From the NCBI GenBank assembly GCA_030770535.1, contig JASVEC010000020.1:558001-622000 (forward strand): a stretch of 64,000 nt of DNA, in the 5' to 3' direction. The stretch comes from Batkoa obscura (lineage: Eukaryota). Under the pieces are notes generated by a model, which was not told the DNA's origin, made no database searches, and saw only the letters and a program-made list of their open reading frames with translations. Shown here one piece after another: positions 27,401 through 40,375 of the stretch. The position numbers and the translations under genes are program-made. Within the stretch, counting starts at the first letter, position 1. Each line of letters starts with the position of its first letter.

Positions 27401-28577
27401 AATATTATTTTTATTTCTACTCAAATTGATTTTACTATTTTTTAGTTCATTAATATTTAATTGATATAATAATTCATCTTCGTCTAATTTATTCATTGGT
27501 TTTAAATATTGGATTTTATTAGTGACCTTATTTTCATTCTCTTTATTATTATATTCAATATTATCAATAGTACTATTATCATTATCTATAGTATCAATAT
27601 TAATATCATTATTTCCTATATTATTTATCTGTTTACAATTACTTAAGACACTTTCCTTTAATAGTTTCTCTAGCAACGATGCTTCCATCTCTTTTAAATC
27701 TTGTGTAATTGAATCGAACTTTGGTAATAATCCATTTTGATTATTATTAATTGGAGTGGAATTGTTTCGATTAAATTCATTGAATTCCATATTATATTTT
27801 CGATTTCGATTAATTTTTAATAATTCCTTTTTATTTAAAATTGGTTTAGGTAAGTAAATATCCTCTTTGTTCTCGATTGGTGGAGATATCTAATTTGATT
27901 TATAATAAATATTAGATTAAAGAAAGAATACATGTTGAATTCAAAATTCAATAAAAATAACCTACCTTGACTCTTTTATTTCCTGTGGTTCCTCTTTTTT
28001 CTTCCTTGGTTTGACTATTTCTACACTTCTTTTTATCCAGTAGTAAATGATTATTAGCCTTCAATTTAGTCCCTAATAAAATAGCTTTCTTTACTGTTCG
28101 TTGAATAGATTGTTTAGTTTCTAAAAATAAAACTTGATTAATATTCTCATCAATAAAAATTATATATCTACATTTGATAAAAGATAAACAACTCCTTAAA
28201 TTAGCTCTTTTATTTGTTTCACTTTATTCAAAATATCTGAACATTAAAAGACTTACTTTCTGTAACTTCTAATCTCGTCCTTTCACTTTTATATTTCCTT
28301 TTATCTCTTTTCCAATAAATATTATTTAAACTATCTTCTTTTAATGCTTCAGGTGATTCGTATTCTAAAATTGTATTTTTCATACAATCCGATTTTTTCT
28401 TCGGTTGATTGTTGTTTATTGCTGTTATTACTTGATTTGAAGTTGTGGTAGTATAATTATCTTCGGGTGAAGAATCTGAATAAAAGTAATAAAGTAGCTT
28501 AGTTATTGAAATCAAAAAGAGGATAAGCAAAACTTACTTATTTCTATTACTTCTATTGAATGGCTTTTCAGAGTCAT
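23033..28577 (-). CDS. DNA2: DNA2 helicase/nuclease with long Asn-rich N-terminal extension; multi-exon
   Basis: Fe-S cysteines (FSCSRR; CQNCSLNQTC), nuclease LKGKVD...PIEFKTG, Walker A GMPGTGKST, DEATQ, GDPYQLPP, QYRMN, TIDKVQG and RRINVALTRAK. ORF 26348-27790 splices in frame through a small exon (~26288-26329) to ORF 23033-26212. The 5'-most exons and the ATG at 28577 are less certain. Confidence 0.9.
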
Positions 28578-29435
28578 TTTTGAGTGATCTTTTCGCTAAA
28601 AGGATATTAAATTAGTTTCTAATTCAGTTCAAATTTATAGTCAATGAAAATAAATTGAAATCCTTTTGAGTTCAATACAAATAAGATGTTATTTTTTATT
28701 TCGTTAAAGGTTATGTGATGACACTTAGATTATTAACTTACTTTATTGATTTTTTTCATACTTTAATACCTTGTTTGTTAATAAAAAGATCAAAAGTTAA
28801 AAATTTGAAAATTCAAATTATCACTTACAATTCAACTTTCTTTAATTGGTTGAAATGATATCTACTCTCTAAAAAAATATCCAACATTTATATTTTACTA
28901 GTTGAAAGCCACCACAAGAAAAAAACATCAAATTTACTTAATTTAGCAACATCAATAAAGTTAATTAGAATATTAAACTAATAAATTAACATAATAATGA
29001 AATAAAGTGGAATTTAATACAAACAAAAATTTAAATCTAAAATAAAAATTCCTAAGAATTTAAAATCCATTTTTATCTTAAAGTAAAATAGATGGATTTT
29101 GTTATTGATATTCTATAATTTCTTATTACTCTTTAGAATTATATTGTATTATTTATATTATGTTAACTTGATAAAGCATAAAGACAACAACTACTTGAAA
29201 GTAGCTACTCAGCCATTTTTCGGCTACATTATTACTGCTGTGACTTTCACATCTATTTCAATTATCTTCAATTATCAATTTACCTAGTTCATTATTAATA
29301 TACACCAATCAATCTTTTTTAATAGTCAGCCAATCAATTTCATATTATTTTGTAACCTATTCAATTTCATCAATTTCAGCTTTTACTACTTTATTTTATT
29401 CTATTATATTTTAACCCATTCAAAACCTCGTTAAT

Positions 29436-29915
29436 ATGTCTCAATTTTGTAAATGTAGTTTAGATACCTTAAATAAAATCATCGAGTTGCCCATTGACAA
29501 AGTGTGTTCTGATTGTTTAACTTTATGTTTGGAATTAGAAGAGTTTAGTAAGGTTGGGGAGGATGTACAGAAGAATAAATTAAAGACGAATTGTTTTCGT
29601 AAGTATTTATTTCTATATTTCTTTTTTATTATTATGAAAAGATAGATTATTGATAGAAAAGAGATTTTTTTTAAAGATAGTAGATTGAATTTATAATAAT
29701 TTTTTAGAAAGAGACTCAATAAAAGATAAAATTATGGTTTATTTGTTTTTAATAGTTACCACGCTATTGTTATTGACTGCTTTTTTTAAACCCCATTTAA
29801 AAAAGTGGTGGAAGGTAATTTAGTTATATGTTCTACTTAGTTAAGTTATTGATATTTTTTCTTTTTTATATAGTCTCGTAATAGAACTTCCACTTTTTCT
29901 ACGTTAGAACATTGA
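29436..29915 (+). CDS. Small Cys-rich single-pass membrane protein (~100 aa, 3 exons), unknown function
   Basis: MSQFCKCS...CSDCLTLC...NCF/.RDSIKDKIMVYLFLIVTTLLLLTAFFKPHLKKWWK/SRNRTSTFSTLEH* joined through two GT-AG introns. Confidence 0.75.
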
Positions 29916-30460
29916 GTGTTACTTTATAGTGTTATATTTTATTTAATAAGTAAATGAGATTTTTTGATAATTTTTTTACTTTGAATATTGGGATGATGAA
30001 TTTGATATGATGATTTTTGATAATGATATTATTGAAATAAGCGGGTTTCTTTACTATTATTAGAGTTTTTTTATACACGAGATTAAAGTATTTAAAGAAA
30101 GTATTTGATATTGATTTACCTATTTATTTAAGTTCTGTTTTATATCAATAGTAGAAGTTTATAGTTTATAAACAAATTTCTATTGCTATACTGACAAAAC
30201 TATTTTTGTTTATTTATTTTACATATACTAAAAACAAAAATTTGATACTATTTTGTAAAAATTGTTATTCATATCAGTTTTATTATAATGTTCGTATAAT
30301 TGAAATCATACAAAAAATTATTTCTTAACCAAAAAGGATAAGCATTCCAATATCTTACATTTTATTGGCTCCTCGCTCATTTCAAAAAACCAATAATCCA
30401 AATTGACTCCAATTCAGATCATCTTTAACCTAGATAAGATAACCAAATAAATTTCTCCAA

Positions 30461-31077
30461 ATGTCAGCAGGTAACCACCCCCAAGGCGCGTCCGCGTATG
30501 ATTTCCGTATTGAAGGAAAACATATTGAAACTAGTGAGATGCCTTCAAATATCCCTAAAGTTAGTGAAGTAGGTGCCTCTTCCGCCCCACTTACTTCAGC
30601 TTCTTATTTTTTACATGCTCATTGTAAAAATTATTATGACGATTTTATGTTGTGTAAAAATGAAAATAATGACCCAGCCCATTGTTTAAAAGAAGGAAGA
30701 AAAGTTACTAGATGTTCTGTGGATTTGTAAGTTTTTTTTATAATAGAAAAATGGAAAGAAATGAGAATGAAGTGGGTTAAATAGGATATGATTTAATGAA
30801 TCGGTTTTAGATTAGAAAAATTACAAAAAAATTGTGAAAGTGAATTCAGTGACCATTGGAAATGCTTAGATAATAATAATTTTGAATATCGATTCTGTCG
30901 TCAACCAGAGCAAAAATTCAATGCATGTGTATTTAAGAAATTAGTAAGTTGATTAATGCTGGATAAATGAAATGGTATTAATTATTCTACTTTTTTTTCT
31001 AGGGTTATGAAAAAATTATTCCAGGTGCTCCAAAGGATGAAGTTCCAATTCATTTACGTAAAAATACTTTATTATAA
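30461..31077 (+). CDS. NDUFA8: Complex I accessory subunit NDUFA8 (fungal 20.8 kDa), CX9C protein; 3 exons
   Basis: EVGASSAPLTSASYF...C.....DFMLCK....PAHCLKEGRKVTRC, then C..EF..HWKCLD.NN.....CR..EQKFN.CVF. Confidence 0.92.
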
Positions 31078-31214
31078 TTAAGGTTAGAAACTCAATTCAA
31101 AGTTATTTTTTATTTTATAAAAATATATAATAAAAAATGAAAATAAACGTAATAAATAAATAAAAAGTATGTTCTTATCTTATTTTGTTTCTTTTATTGT
31201 TAATATTCTAATCT

Positions 31215-31763
31215 CTACTTCTTTTTGATCTTGTTCTTTTTTTTATTGGTAGTAGGACTAGTAGTAGCAGGAGAGAATGGATTGGATTGAACGTTAAAAG
31301 GTCTCTTCAATTCATTAACTTCTGGATGATTTAAGAGATAAATTTTAACTAAAGGATTATTAAAAATATTTTTTAAAGGTAAAATACTTTGAATGAAGAT
31401 AGGTTGTACATAACCCATACGATAATGAATCAACACAGAAATAGCCATAGAAATTAAACTAGTACGAACAAATTTTATCAACTCAGCTTTATCATATTCT
31501 TCATAAGTGGTAATAATGGTCACTGGAGCAGCATCAGAATAGGCCGGTGGGTTTTCATTATAACTTAATTCCTTTTGGTTACCTCTTTTTTGAATTTGAA
31601 GATAACAATAGTATAATATACCATAAACTATACCATTGGCAGTAACATACATCAAACGAATACCATTTAATACGCTTGGATTTTCAGCATCAAAAAATCT
31701 TAATACTTGGGTTAATATAATTACCAAGATAAAATTGAGTATCGCGTCTTTCCAGCCCGACAT
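31215..31763 (-). CDS. PHO88: Pho88/Snd3 ER membrane protein
   Basis: TTYEEYD...HYRMGYVQPIFIQSILPLK.IF.NPLVKIYL......ELKRPF pattern with a basic C-terminus. Confidence 0.88.
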   Translation of the reverse strand: MSGWKDAILNFILVIILTQVLRFFDAENPSVLNGIRLMYVTANGIVYGILYYCYLQIQKRGNQKELSYNENPPAYSDAAPVTIITTYEEYDKAELIKFVRTSLISMAISVLIHYRMGYVQPIFIQSILPLKNIFNNPLVKIYLLNHPEVNELKRPFNVQSNPFSPATTSPTTNKKKNKIKKK

Positions 31764-32062
31764 ATTGAAATTTTATTTATTTTTTTACTTTAAAATGGGT
31801 TTTTGTTTGGATATTTATGGTTTGACTATTTTTCGACTAAATAGAAATGGCTACTTTCTCAATTAACTTTGATTTTGGCCAATGATTTAATAACAGCACG
31901 AATTTTTTAAAGATTGAGGTTTCAATATTTTTGCAATCTTTCAGTTTTTGTAAATTTGCATAAACTTACTTTAGTTCCCTAGAACTTTCTATTCCATTAA
32001 CGGTTTGAATCTGAATTTATATAAATAAGAAACACTAACAATTAAAATATAATTTTAATTAA

Positions 32063-33137
32063 ATGACTTATTTCAATAGTGATCCAAGTGATAATTTCAA
32101 TTCAAAGAACTCTTTTTATTTCAATAATGATAATATGAACAACAATTATAATAATAATGTAAATAGTAACTTTAATAATTTCAATAATATGTCAAATAAT
32201 CATTTTAATACCACTATAAATAATAAGTATAGTAATGATTTCAATAACCCAACACAATCCTATTACTTTAGTAATAATAATCTATGGAATAGCAATTCCC
32301 TTTCTAATAACACTAACACAATGAATACCTTCTCAAATCTGGCTACTGTTACTCCTAGTTTATTAAGTCCGTCAATTTTTAGAAAACGAAGCCACGATGC
32401 TTTAATGGATATTGAACTTGATCTGAAAAAACTGAAACTTAATGATGGTCCGATATCTGTAAATCAAAGTAAGATAACCACACTTTATTTATGACTAGAT
32501 TTATAATAACAACTCTAGGAACGGAAAATAATAACCTGATGAATAAAAATGGAGAAGACTTCCATCCATTGAGTGGAATTAAAAAAGTGGAAATTTTAGA
32601 TCCGGAATATTTCAAACTAGCAACTAAAATACCCGAAGTGGTTTTAAAAGATAAAAGTAAAGAAAGGGATTATAATGCCTTACAGATAATTCGATATGAA
32701 CCTAATTATATTAAAGAGTTTTTGGTAGGTCTTTTTTTAATATCAATCTAAATATATTTTTAATTCTTTTTATATAGCTAAGGTTTTTATATCCAGAGTT
32801 ATATTATGATATTGATAGTGATAATGTGTATGATGAGCCTATAGTAGAAGAGATTGACGATGGTTATATGGCAGAAGAGATTGAGGATGATAGTATCGGC
32901 TTTGAGGAAGTTTGTTATAATAATGAAGCGAATTTTAACAGTTTTAATAATGCTAATTATAATTTAAATAATAGCTATAATAATATGAGCTATAATCAAT
33001 ATAATAATTATAATAGTGTAAACTATAATGAGTATAATAATTACGCTAACATCAACTATAATGGCATAAATTATAACAATTATAATAACCACGATGCTAC
33101 ATACGAGGCTCATGATGACCATATGATGGAAGATTAA
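32063..33137 (+). CDS. Hypothetical Asn/Tyr-rich low-complexity protein (3 exons)
   Basis: Three consecutive ORFs are linked by GT-AG introns at ~32469-32518 and ~32725-32777. They contain an NLS-like RKRSHD...KKLKL segment, an acidic tract and N/Y-rich termini. Confidence 0.65.
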
Positions 33138-33212
33138 TTAATGTTTGAAAATAAAATTAATAAATTATTTAAAATATTTTATTTTTATTTGACTTATTTG
33201 GATATTAAAATT

Positions 33213-34829
33213 TTATTTTGAAAATTGAGTTTCAGTAACTCCGGAACCCATAGCAGAAGTTGAAGATAAACCACCAGTTGGTATAGCAAGTAAATTATCA
33301 ACATATTGAGCACCAGACCATTTTTGGTGAGAAAGTGTTTCTACACCATAATGGCGTTCTTTACGTTGAATGGTCTCAACATAAGCCAACATACCACGAT
33401 TAGCAAAATCACGGGCAAAGAGGTCAATTGCAAGAGAATTAGCATGGAAACCAGCTAAAGTAATGAATTGCCATACATAACCTAAGCGACCTAAATCAGT
33501 AATAAAAGATTCAATTTGAGTATCATTCATGTTAGTGGCATCCCAGTTAAAGGATGGGGAGAGATTGTAAGAAAGCATAGCATTTGGATAAACGGAATGG
33601 ACACCTTGAGCAAACTCTTTAGCTTGGCTATAGATAGGAGCAGCTGATTCCATCCAAAGCATATCAGAATATGGTGCATAAGCAACGGAACGAGCAATAG
33701 CACATTTCACACCACCATTAAGACGGTAATATCCTTCTTTAGTTCTAGGAAGATCCCAATCCCAGAAGGTTTCAAAGCCCATGGATTTAGCTAATTCACG
33801 TGCTTCATAGTAGCTAAGCTCTTGGGAACGGCAATTCCATTTGGAAAGGTTAGCTTCTACATTACTGCAATTGGCTTGACGGATTTTACGAGCAACAGCC
33901 TCAGTAAAGGTTACAAGGTCAGCCTCATCAAGCCATTGTTCTTGAATGGCATGAAGTTGCTGAGCTGTTTTACCAGCTTTAACAGCTTCTTCTAAAATAG
34001 TAACAAGAGGACGTAAGCAGTTGTTAGTAGTACCTAAAATAAATGGATGATCACGACGGTCAATATTACTGGTGAGAAGCTGAGCAGCTTCAGCATCAGT
34101 ACGGGAAACAAGGATGGTTTCAGCATTCATAATATCAAATTGAGCACGGATAGCAATGAGACGAGAAATATGTTCAGAAACTGGAACTAAAACTTTGCCT
34201 CCCATATGACCACATTTCTTAGTACCAGCAGCTTGATCTTCAATATGGATACCAGCAGCACCTCGTTCAACGAACATTTTAGCAAGCTTCATGACAGCGG
34301 TTAAACCACCATGACCTGAGTCAGCATCAGCAATGATTGGTCGTAAGAAATCAGTATATGGAACTGTCTTTCTTTGTTCTGAAGTTAAACCGAAACGCTC
34401 TTCACGTTGCTTTCTATCATGGAATAATTGAGCACGGAAAAGTTGATCTACTTTGTTTGGTACAGTATCCATTGGATAATCAGCAAGATCTGGTCCTGGT
34501 TCATTGGAGGTGGAAGCAGTAGAAGAGCATTGCCATCCAGAAACATAAATGGTTTCGTGATATTTGGCCATTTGAGTTACTTGAACGGGGTCAAGAGCAC
34601 CAAAGGTGTAAGCGGTAGTACGACTACGTTGGTGACGTTTTAAAATAGCCCATAACTTTTTTGCTTGAGCATTGGAAGGGTATTCGATTTTAAGAGTACC
34701 ACGTTTAGATATAATGGATTGAGGAGAATATGGGCGCTTTAAATGAGAGAAACGGGGGGATGCCCACCAGGTGCTCAACTCCTTTAATTCTTGATCATAG
34801 CAGCATTCATCGTTATGGAATTGAGTCAT
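33213..34829 (-). CDS. ICL1: Isocitrate lyase (538 aa, intronless)
   Basis: YVSGWQ, DLADYP, PIIADAD.GHGG, HIEDQ, catalytic [30 protein letters not shown] and HQKWSGA. Confidence 0.97.
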   Translation of the reverse strand: MTQFHNDECCYDQELKELSTWWASPRFSHLKRPYSPQSIISKRGTLKIEYPSNAQAKKLWAILKRHQRSRTTAYTFGALDPVQVTQMAKYHETIYVSGWQCSSTASTSNEPGPDLADYPMDTVPNKVDQLFRAQLFHDRKQREERFGLTSEQRKTVPYTDFLRPIIADADSGHGGLTAVMKLAKMFVERGAAGIHIEDQAAGTKKCGHMGGKVLVPVSEHISRLIAIRAQFDIMNAETILVSRTDAEAAQLLTSNIDRRDHPFILGTTNNCLRPLVTILEEAVKAGKTAQQLHAIQEQWLDEADLVTFTEAVARKIRQANCSNVEANLSKWNCRSQELSYYEARELAKSMGFETFWDWDLPRTKEGYYRLNGGVKCAIARSVAYAPYSDMLWMESAAPIYSQAKEFAQGVHSVYPNAMLSYNLSPSFNWDATNMNDTQIESFITDLGRLGYVWQFITLAGFHANSLAIDLFARDFANRGMLAYVETIQRKERHYGVETLSHQKWSGAQYVDNLLAIPTGGLSSTSAMGSGVTETQFSK

Positions 34830-35520
34830 TGTTTTATTTTTTCAAGTTAAAAAAGAAAACGAGTATTAAGTTGTTAAACTGTCAATGTGACTGTTTTATA
34901 CTCTTTTTAGCATTATTTTTGCTACATCATCTTTATTCAGATTACATGTGAATTCTTAAAACATTGACTTTTTACGTAACAATTTCTCGTTTTAAGCTGT
35001 TTAATTGGCTATGTCTTTGGCTTTCTTTTTCAATTTGGTTGATTTCGTCTTTATTTTTTTATTTATCCACTCACTAAATCCTTCAGTTTGTTTGGTTAAG
35101 TTCGGTTTCAGTTGTAGTTGTAATGATTAAATTTTAATTATTAAAACTAGATATAATTTTTAACATTAAATATGTTATTAAACACATCTATTGTTTTATA
35201 TATATATTAACAAAATACTGAAGTCCTACTCTTTTGATATTCTAAAAAACATGATCTATTATACTTAACACATTAAGTATCTATAATGCCAAAATAACTA
35301 AAAACTAAACTAAAGAACATGGAATTATCTATCATTATATATTTATAATCTAAACTTAAAGCTAGTTTGTCAATATTTAACTCAATATTGTAAATCCTGA
35401 TTTTCTTTATAAATAAGTAAAATATCAAATGCAACAGTTCATACTTATTAACTCAATGACCCTGGTATAATGTATGCTCTTTTTATTTAATATAATAATT
35501 ACAAACTAAATTTAAAAAAT

Positions 35521-35619
35521 GAGGATAATTTTTTTAGTTTTATTACCTTTTCCATTTTTTAAGCGCTATTTGAGTAGAAAAATTACAAGTAAAATTCCCA
35601 AATAAAAAAACACGTCTTC
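35521..35619 (-). mobile_element. ~100-bp MITE, copy 3
   Basis: Reverse orientation with core TTCCATTTTTTAAGCGCTATTTGAGT; flanks AAAT/ATAT. Confidence 0.8.
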
Positions 35620-36212
35620 ATATATTAGTACCGTTATTAATAATGATAATTGCCTTTAAATAATTTTAACTAAAAAAGCAATTTACAGTTCTTTCTACAA
35701 CGCAGAATGACAAAATATTTATTATATTAAATAAAGAAAGCTAAAGTAATAATAAATAAAAGTACGGGATGTTAGTTTTCTATAATTCTTGTAAAATGGT
35801 ATTTTATATTATGAATAAAACATTGAATTCTTTATTATAAAATAAACAAAAGTACTATCACTTTTCAATATTAAACAGATCAATTTATATTTTGCAAAAA
35901 TATTGATAGAAATGAAGTTCTATAAATAGAATTATTTTGAGCTTGTATTATTGGTTAAATGTAAGATAAACCAACCAGCAATTTGTAATGATAAAAGTTA
36001 TTCTCAAGTAGCTTAAGTTTTAGTATACCAATAAGAAGCTTTAAATTTTAATTCTAGCTTCGTTTATTAGTCAAACAAAAAGGTAAAGCAAAAAGGCATT
36101 GGATATATTTAAGGATAGTAAAAATTTGTAACTCATTTGCTGTGAAATATTATTAATAAAATAAAACTTTTTATATTTTTCAAGTAGTAAAAAAGATTAA
36201 GTTTATATAAAG

Positions 36213-37848
36213 ATGGACATTTCAGGTAATAAATATAACTAGAAGCAAAATTGATTTAGTTACTAATCTAGGTAAAGGTAGAAAAAATATGGTTGCACCA
36301 ACCCCAAACAACACCCCTTTAAATGCTGCTCCCATCTCTTCTTCTATGGCTCCTAATTTACCAACTATGGAGGAAGACGAAGGTAAATAAATAGTTCTTA
36401 AATTGAAAGCATGAATATTTATATATATATTATAGTATTAAATTTAGAGCAAGGAGGTGCTGGGTTTCCAAATGCAGCTTTAGTAGAAATGATTCAAGTA
36501 AACTTAATATTAGCTATGGTAAATCAATATTAACATATATTTAGGGAAGGTTAGGTTCATTAATGGGAAGAAAATCAGGATATGTCAATTCATTACCAGA
36601 AGAAGTTCAAACACGTATTAATGGACTTAAAGGATTACAAGTAATGAATATTACTAGTTTATTTGCCTGATTACTTATTTATTTTAGCTCAAACAAGCTG
36701 AGTTAGAAGCCCAATTCAATAAAAAAGTATTTGATTTAGAAAAAGAATTTTTAAAACTTTATCAACCATTATTTGAAGAAGTAAGTTTAATTTATTATGG
36801 TTAATGAATAATGGTTTAACAATTTAGCGCACTAAAGTTATTAGTGGTGACAAAGAACCCAACAGTGAAGATATTGAAGCTGGTAAAAAAATAAGAGAGG
36901 AAGAAGAACAAGAAGAGGTAAATTAAATTTGAATTAATAAAACTTAATGTTAAACATAATAATAGGGAGAGCCATTAGACAGTACTCCAAAATCAAATGA
37001 AGTTATGGATGGTATATCATATTAACACGGTTGTATAACTAATGCTAATATCAATATCAAATAGGTATACCTGAATTCTGGCTTACTGCATTAAAAAATC
37101 ACCCAGGAGTAGCAGATATTATCAATGATGATGATGAAAAAGTCCTTAAAAAGTTAGTTAATATTGAATATAGATTTTTGGAAAGCGATGAAGTAAGCCT
37201 CATTAAATTATTATTATAATTGTATTAATTATTCGCTGTTAGGCATTCGCTATTGATTTCCATTTTGATGAAAATGAATATTTCAAGAATCGTACGCTTA
37301 CAAAAACATACTATTATACACCATCAACCGATTTTGGAGAATATATATTAGATCGTAGTGAAGGGTATTTTAGTCATTTTATTTCAATAGCATGGTATTA
37401 ATTTTGTTTCTATTTAGCACTGAAATAGAGTGGAATAATGGGAAGAATTTGACTATGGAAATACAACAAAAGAAACAAATTAATAAGAGTAATTCATTTT
37501 AATATATAATTAATAACATTAATATTTATAACTATTGTAGTAACCCATGAAACCAGAATAATTCAAAAAGAAATTCCAAAGGATTCCTTTTTTACATTTT
37601 TCAGTCAAATTCCACAACCCAACCCAGAACATGAAGACTTTGAGGAACAAGAAAATGCCTTTCAACAAGCTATGGAGGCAGATTATGCTTTAGGAGAAGA
37701 ATTTAAAGTAAAAATCATACCCCATGCTATTGACTGGTTCACAGGTAAAGCATTAGCTTATGATTATTCAAATGACGTTCAGTATTATGATGAAGATGAT
37801 GAAGATGAAGATGATGAAGATGATGAGGATGATTTGAAGTTTGATTAA
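36213..37848 (+). CDS. NAP1: Nucleosome assembly protein 1; ~11 exons, absent from the ORF track
   Basis: Spliced exons read MDIS/GKGRKNMVAPTPNNTP, GRLGSLMGRKSGYVNSLP, GIPEFWLTALKN, FHFDENEYFKNRTLTKTY, IEWNNGKNLT, DSFFTFF and DYALGEEFKVKIIPHAIDWFTGKAL, ending in an acidic tail. Confidence 0.93.
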
Positions 37849-38440
37849 GATGATGAGGAATAATTTTATTATTAATAAATTTCTAACTTTTGCTTTTTTT
37901 CTTCTATTATTTAATCTTCAATTTAATCTTTTAGTAACTGATGCTATAAAATGAGCTTGGTTTACAAGAATTGTATTAAATAATATTACGTGATACAAGT
38001 ATTAGCTTGATATTGCTTTATAAGCGCAAATAAAAAACATCAATGATCAAATTAATGACATAAACATAGTTTTACAAATTTTAGTAAATTCTATTTTAGT
38101 TAGTATTATTTCATAAAATAGTATATTAACTCCATTAATTTAAAATATGTTATCTTTGAAACATACATTGATTAATTTTACTAAATAGTCGCATTTAATA
38201 TTCGATATTCGGCCAATAAAATATACTTTATAGTTTTAAAGTGCCTAGCATTTTAAAACTAATTGGATTACAATAAGCCTTTTTTCACCCCTATTTTAAT
38301 GACTAACTTCCACTAATTTTCCATTATCCAATTAAACTAAGCGATAAGCTAAGTTCATTTTATGAATATGAAAATCAAAGATTTCAAAAAATAAATAAAA
38401 ATAAAAAATTAACAAGGTTTGATCTTTTTTAATAAACAAA

Positions 38441-39881
38441 ATGTATTTAGGTAATAAGTTATATAAATATAATGGTAATAATACTAATTCATATTTTAGT
38501 AAAAAAGAGTTCAAGTTTATCAGGTTTTTTAACAAAGCCTCCATCAAGATGGAACCATTGCAATAAATATATGAGGCTTAATCAATTCTCTACTTGTTCA
38601 AAATTAAGCTATAATGAGCACGGATTTTATATTAACCAAGTTTTAGATACTTATACAGGAAAGGAGATTAAGAAGCTAACCTTAAGGCAACTTATATTTT
38701 TTGGAAGGAACTTAAATGAAGAGCGTCTATTAACTTCAGCTAATTATGTAAGAACGGAACTACCAGTACGTATAGCACATCGCATCAAAGATTTTCAAAA
38801 CCTACCATTTAAAGTAGGTATCAATCCATATATTCAAGAAGCGTATCAGCTTTATTGGGAAGCCTTTGATCAATTAAAAAAGATAAGAAATATTGATACT
38901 TTAGATAAAAATATAGAGTTTTGTAAAATTTTAAATGGTTTACTTAAAGAGCACTTAGTTGTTATTTCAAAATTATCTCTTGGTATGGCTGAATGTTCTC
39001 CGTATTTACCTCCTGAGCGTATCGATGGCTTTATGCATAAAGCTCTGACTTCTAGAATTGCTAGACGTGTGGTTGCTGAGCAACATATTGCCTTAACAAG
39101 TCAGTTTCAAAAAGAATTAATTGATAACTCTAAAGTAGGTATTGTTTCTATAAATTGTGATTCTTTATCTACTATAAAAAAATGCTCTAAATTAGCATTG
39201 AAAAATGTTGTTGATTCTTTTACTTGCTCAAGTGGAGGCAAAGTGCTGCCTAAGGAAGTTATACCACAGCTTATTATAAACAATGAAACAAAAGCTGGGT
39301 TTCCATTTGTACAAGACCATATAGAATATGTATTGTTTGAAGTATTAAAAAATGCATATAAAGCAACTATTAGCCATGCTTTATCTACACCAGATAGCTC
39401 TTATAGGGCACCACCAATTCAAGTAGCTATTGCAGAGGGATCAGAAGAAGTTGCCATAAGAATATCGGATTTAGGAGGCGGCATTCCCTTGAATTACCTT
39501 TCATCTTTGTTTTCATTTTCAAGATGTGATCAAGAGAGAAGAAATGCGCTTGGAGAGTTCCCTAAATTGACGGCTAAAGTGGATATGGATTTACCAATCA
39601 CACACAAATTAAATAAAGAAGAACTTCAACAAAATAATTTAGCAACTCAATTTTCAAAGACATGTTTCAGTAAGCTAGGAATGGGGTTACCAGTATCGCG
39701 CATCACTATGCAATATTGGGGTGGAAATTTAAACATTAATACTTTGCCAGGGTTGGGTACTGATGTTTATTTAAGGTTTCCTAATTCAAGAATTGGTGCC
39801 AAAGAGCACCTTGCTTTTGATCCCCCTATGTTAGATCAACATTATCCTACCCAAACTCTTGCTGCCGCCGTTGCAAAATGA
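38441..39881 (+). CDS. Mitochondrial PDK/BCKDK-family protein kinase
   Basis: LTLRQLIFFG, ELPVRIAHR, FEVLKNA, RISDLGGGIP, GMGLPVSR and GTDVY. The likely start is ATG 38441 (MYL), followed by a short intron, then VKKSS. Confidence 0.92.
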
Positions 39882-40375
39882 TTTTATTCCCAGAACCATT
39901 ATTTAATATTTTTAATTTAAGTCTCTTTCTATTAATTCGTTTTAAAATATATATAAAGTAGTTTTTTGTATTTTTAATATTTTAATTTTAATTTTTTTAC
40001 ATTATTTAAAAACTATTAATGAATTATATCTTTTTATAATCTTAAAAGACGAGGCCTTAGATGTTTGTTGAGTCGTTGAGGCATATGTTTTGTCTTCTCT
40101 TTTTTCTATTTTTTTAAAGGCTATTTATTTAGAGATTGTTACAACTTTCAAGAATAGATGGTTGTAACTATGGTAATTTCCTTTTTGTTTAAGGATATAG
40201 TTAATAAATTGCTTGTCTTTTTAATGCAGAAAAATGGACAATAAACGAAACCAAAAAAGATATACCTACCTGTGCCATAAAATTGATCATAATACAATCA
40301 AAATATAGCTACTTTCATAAAATTTGAAATAGAAATAAAAATAGTAATTGCTGAATAACTTAAAAGATTTTTAAT

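Noticed and set aside
26348..27790. 480-aa ORF as a separate gene
   Set aside because: It splices in frame via GT-AG introns into the DNA2 nuclease/helicase ORF.
33213..34829. Horizontal transfer of the GC-richer, intronless ICL gene, or methylisocitrate lyase identity
   Set aside because: It is the long eukaryotic-type ICL with KKCGHM. The higher GC is explained by optimal codon use, also seen in ERG6 and NDUFB9.
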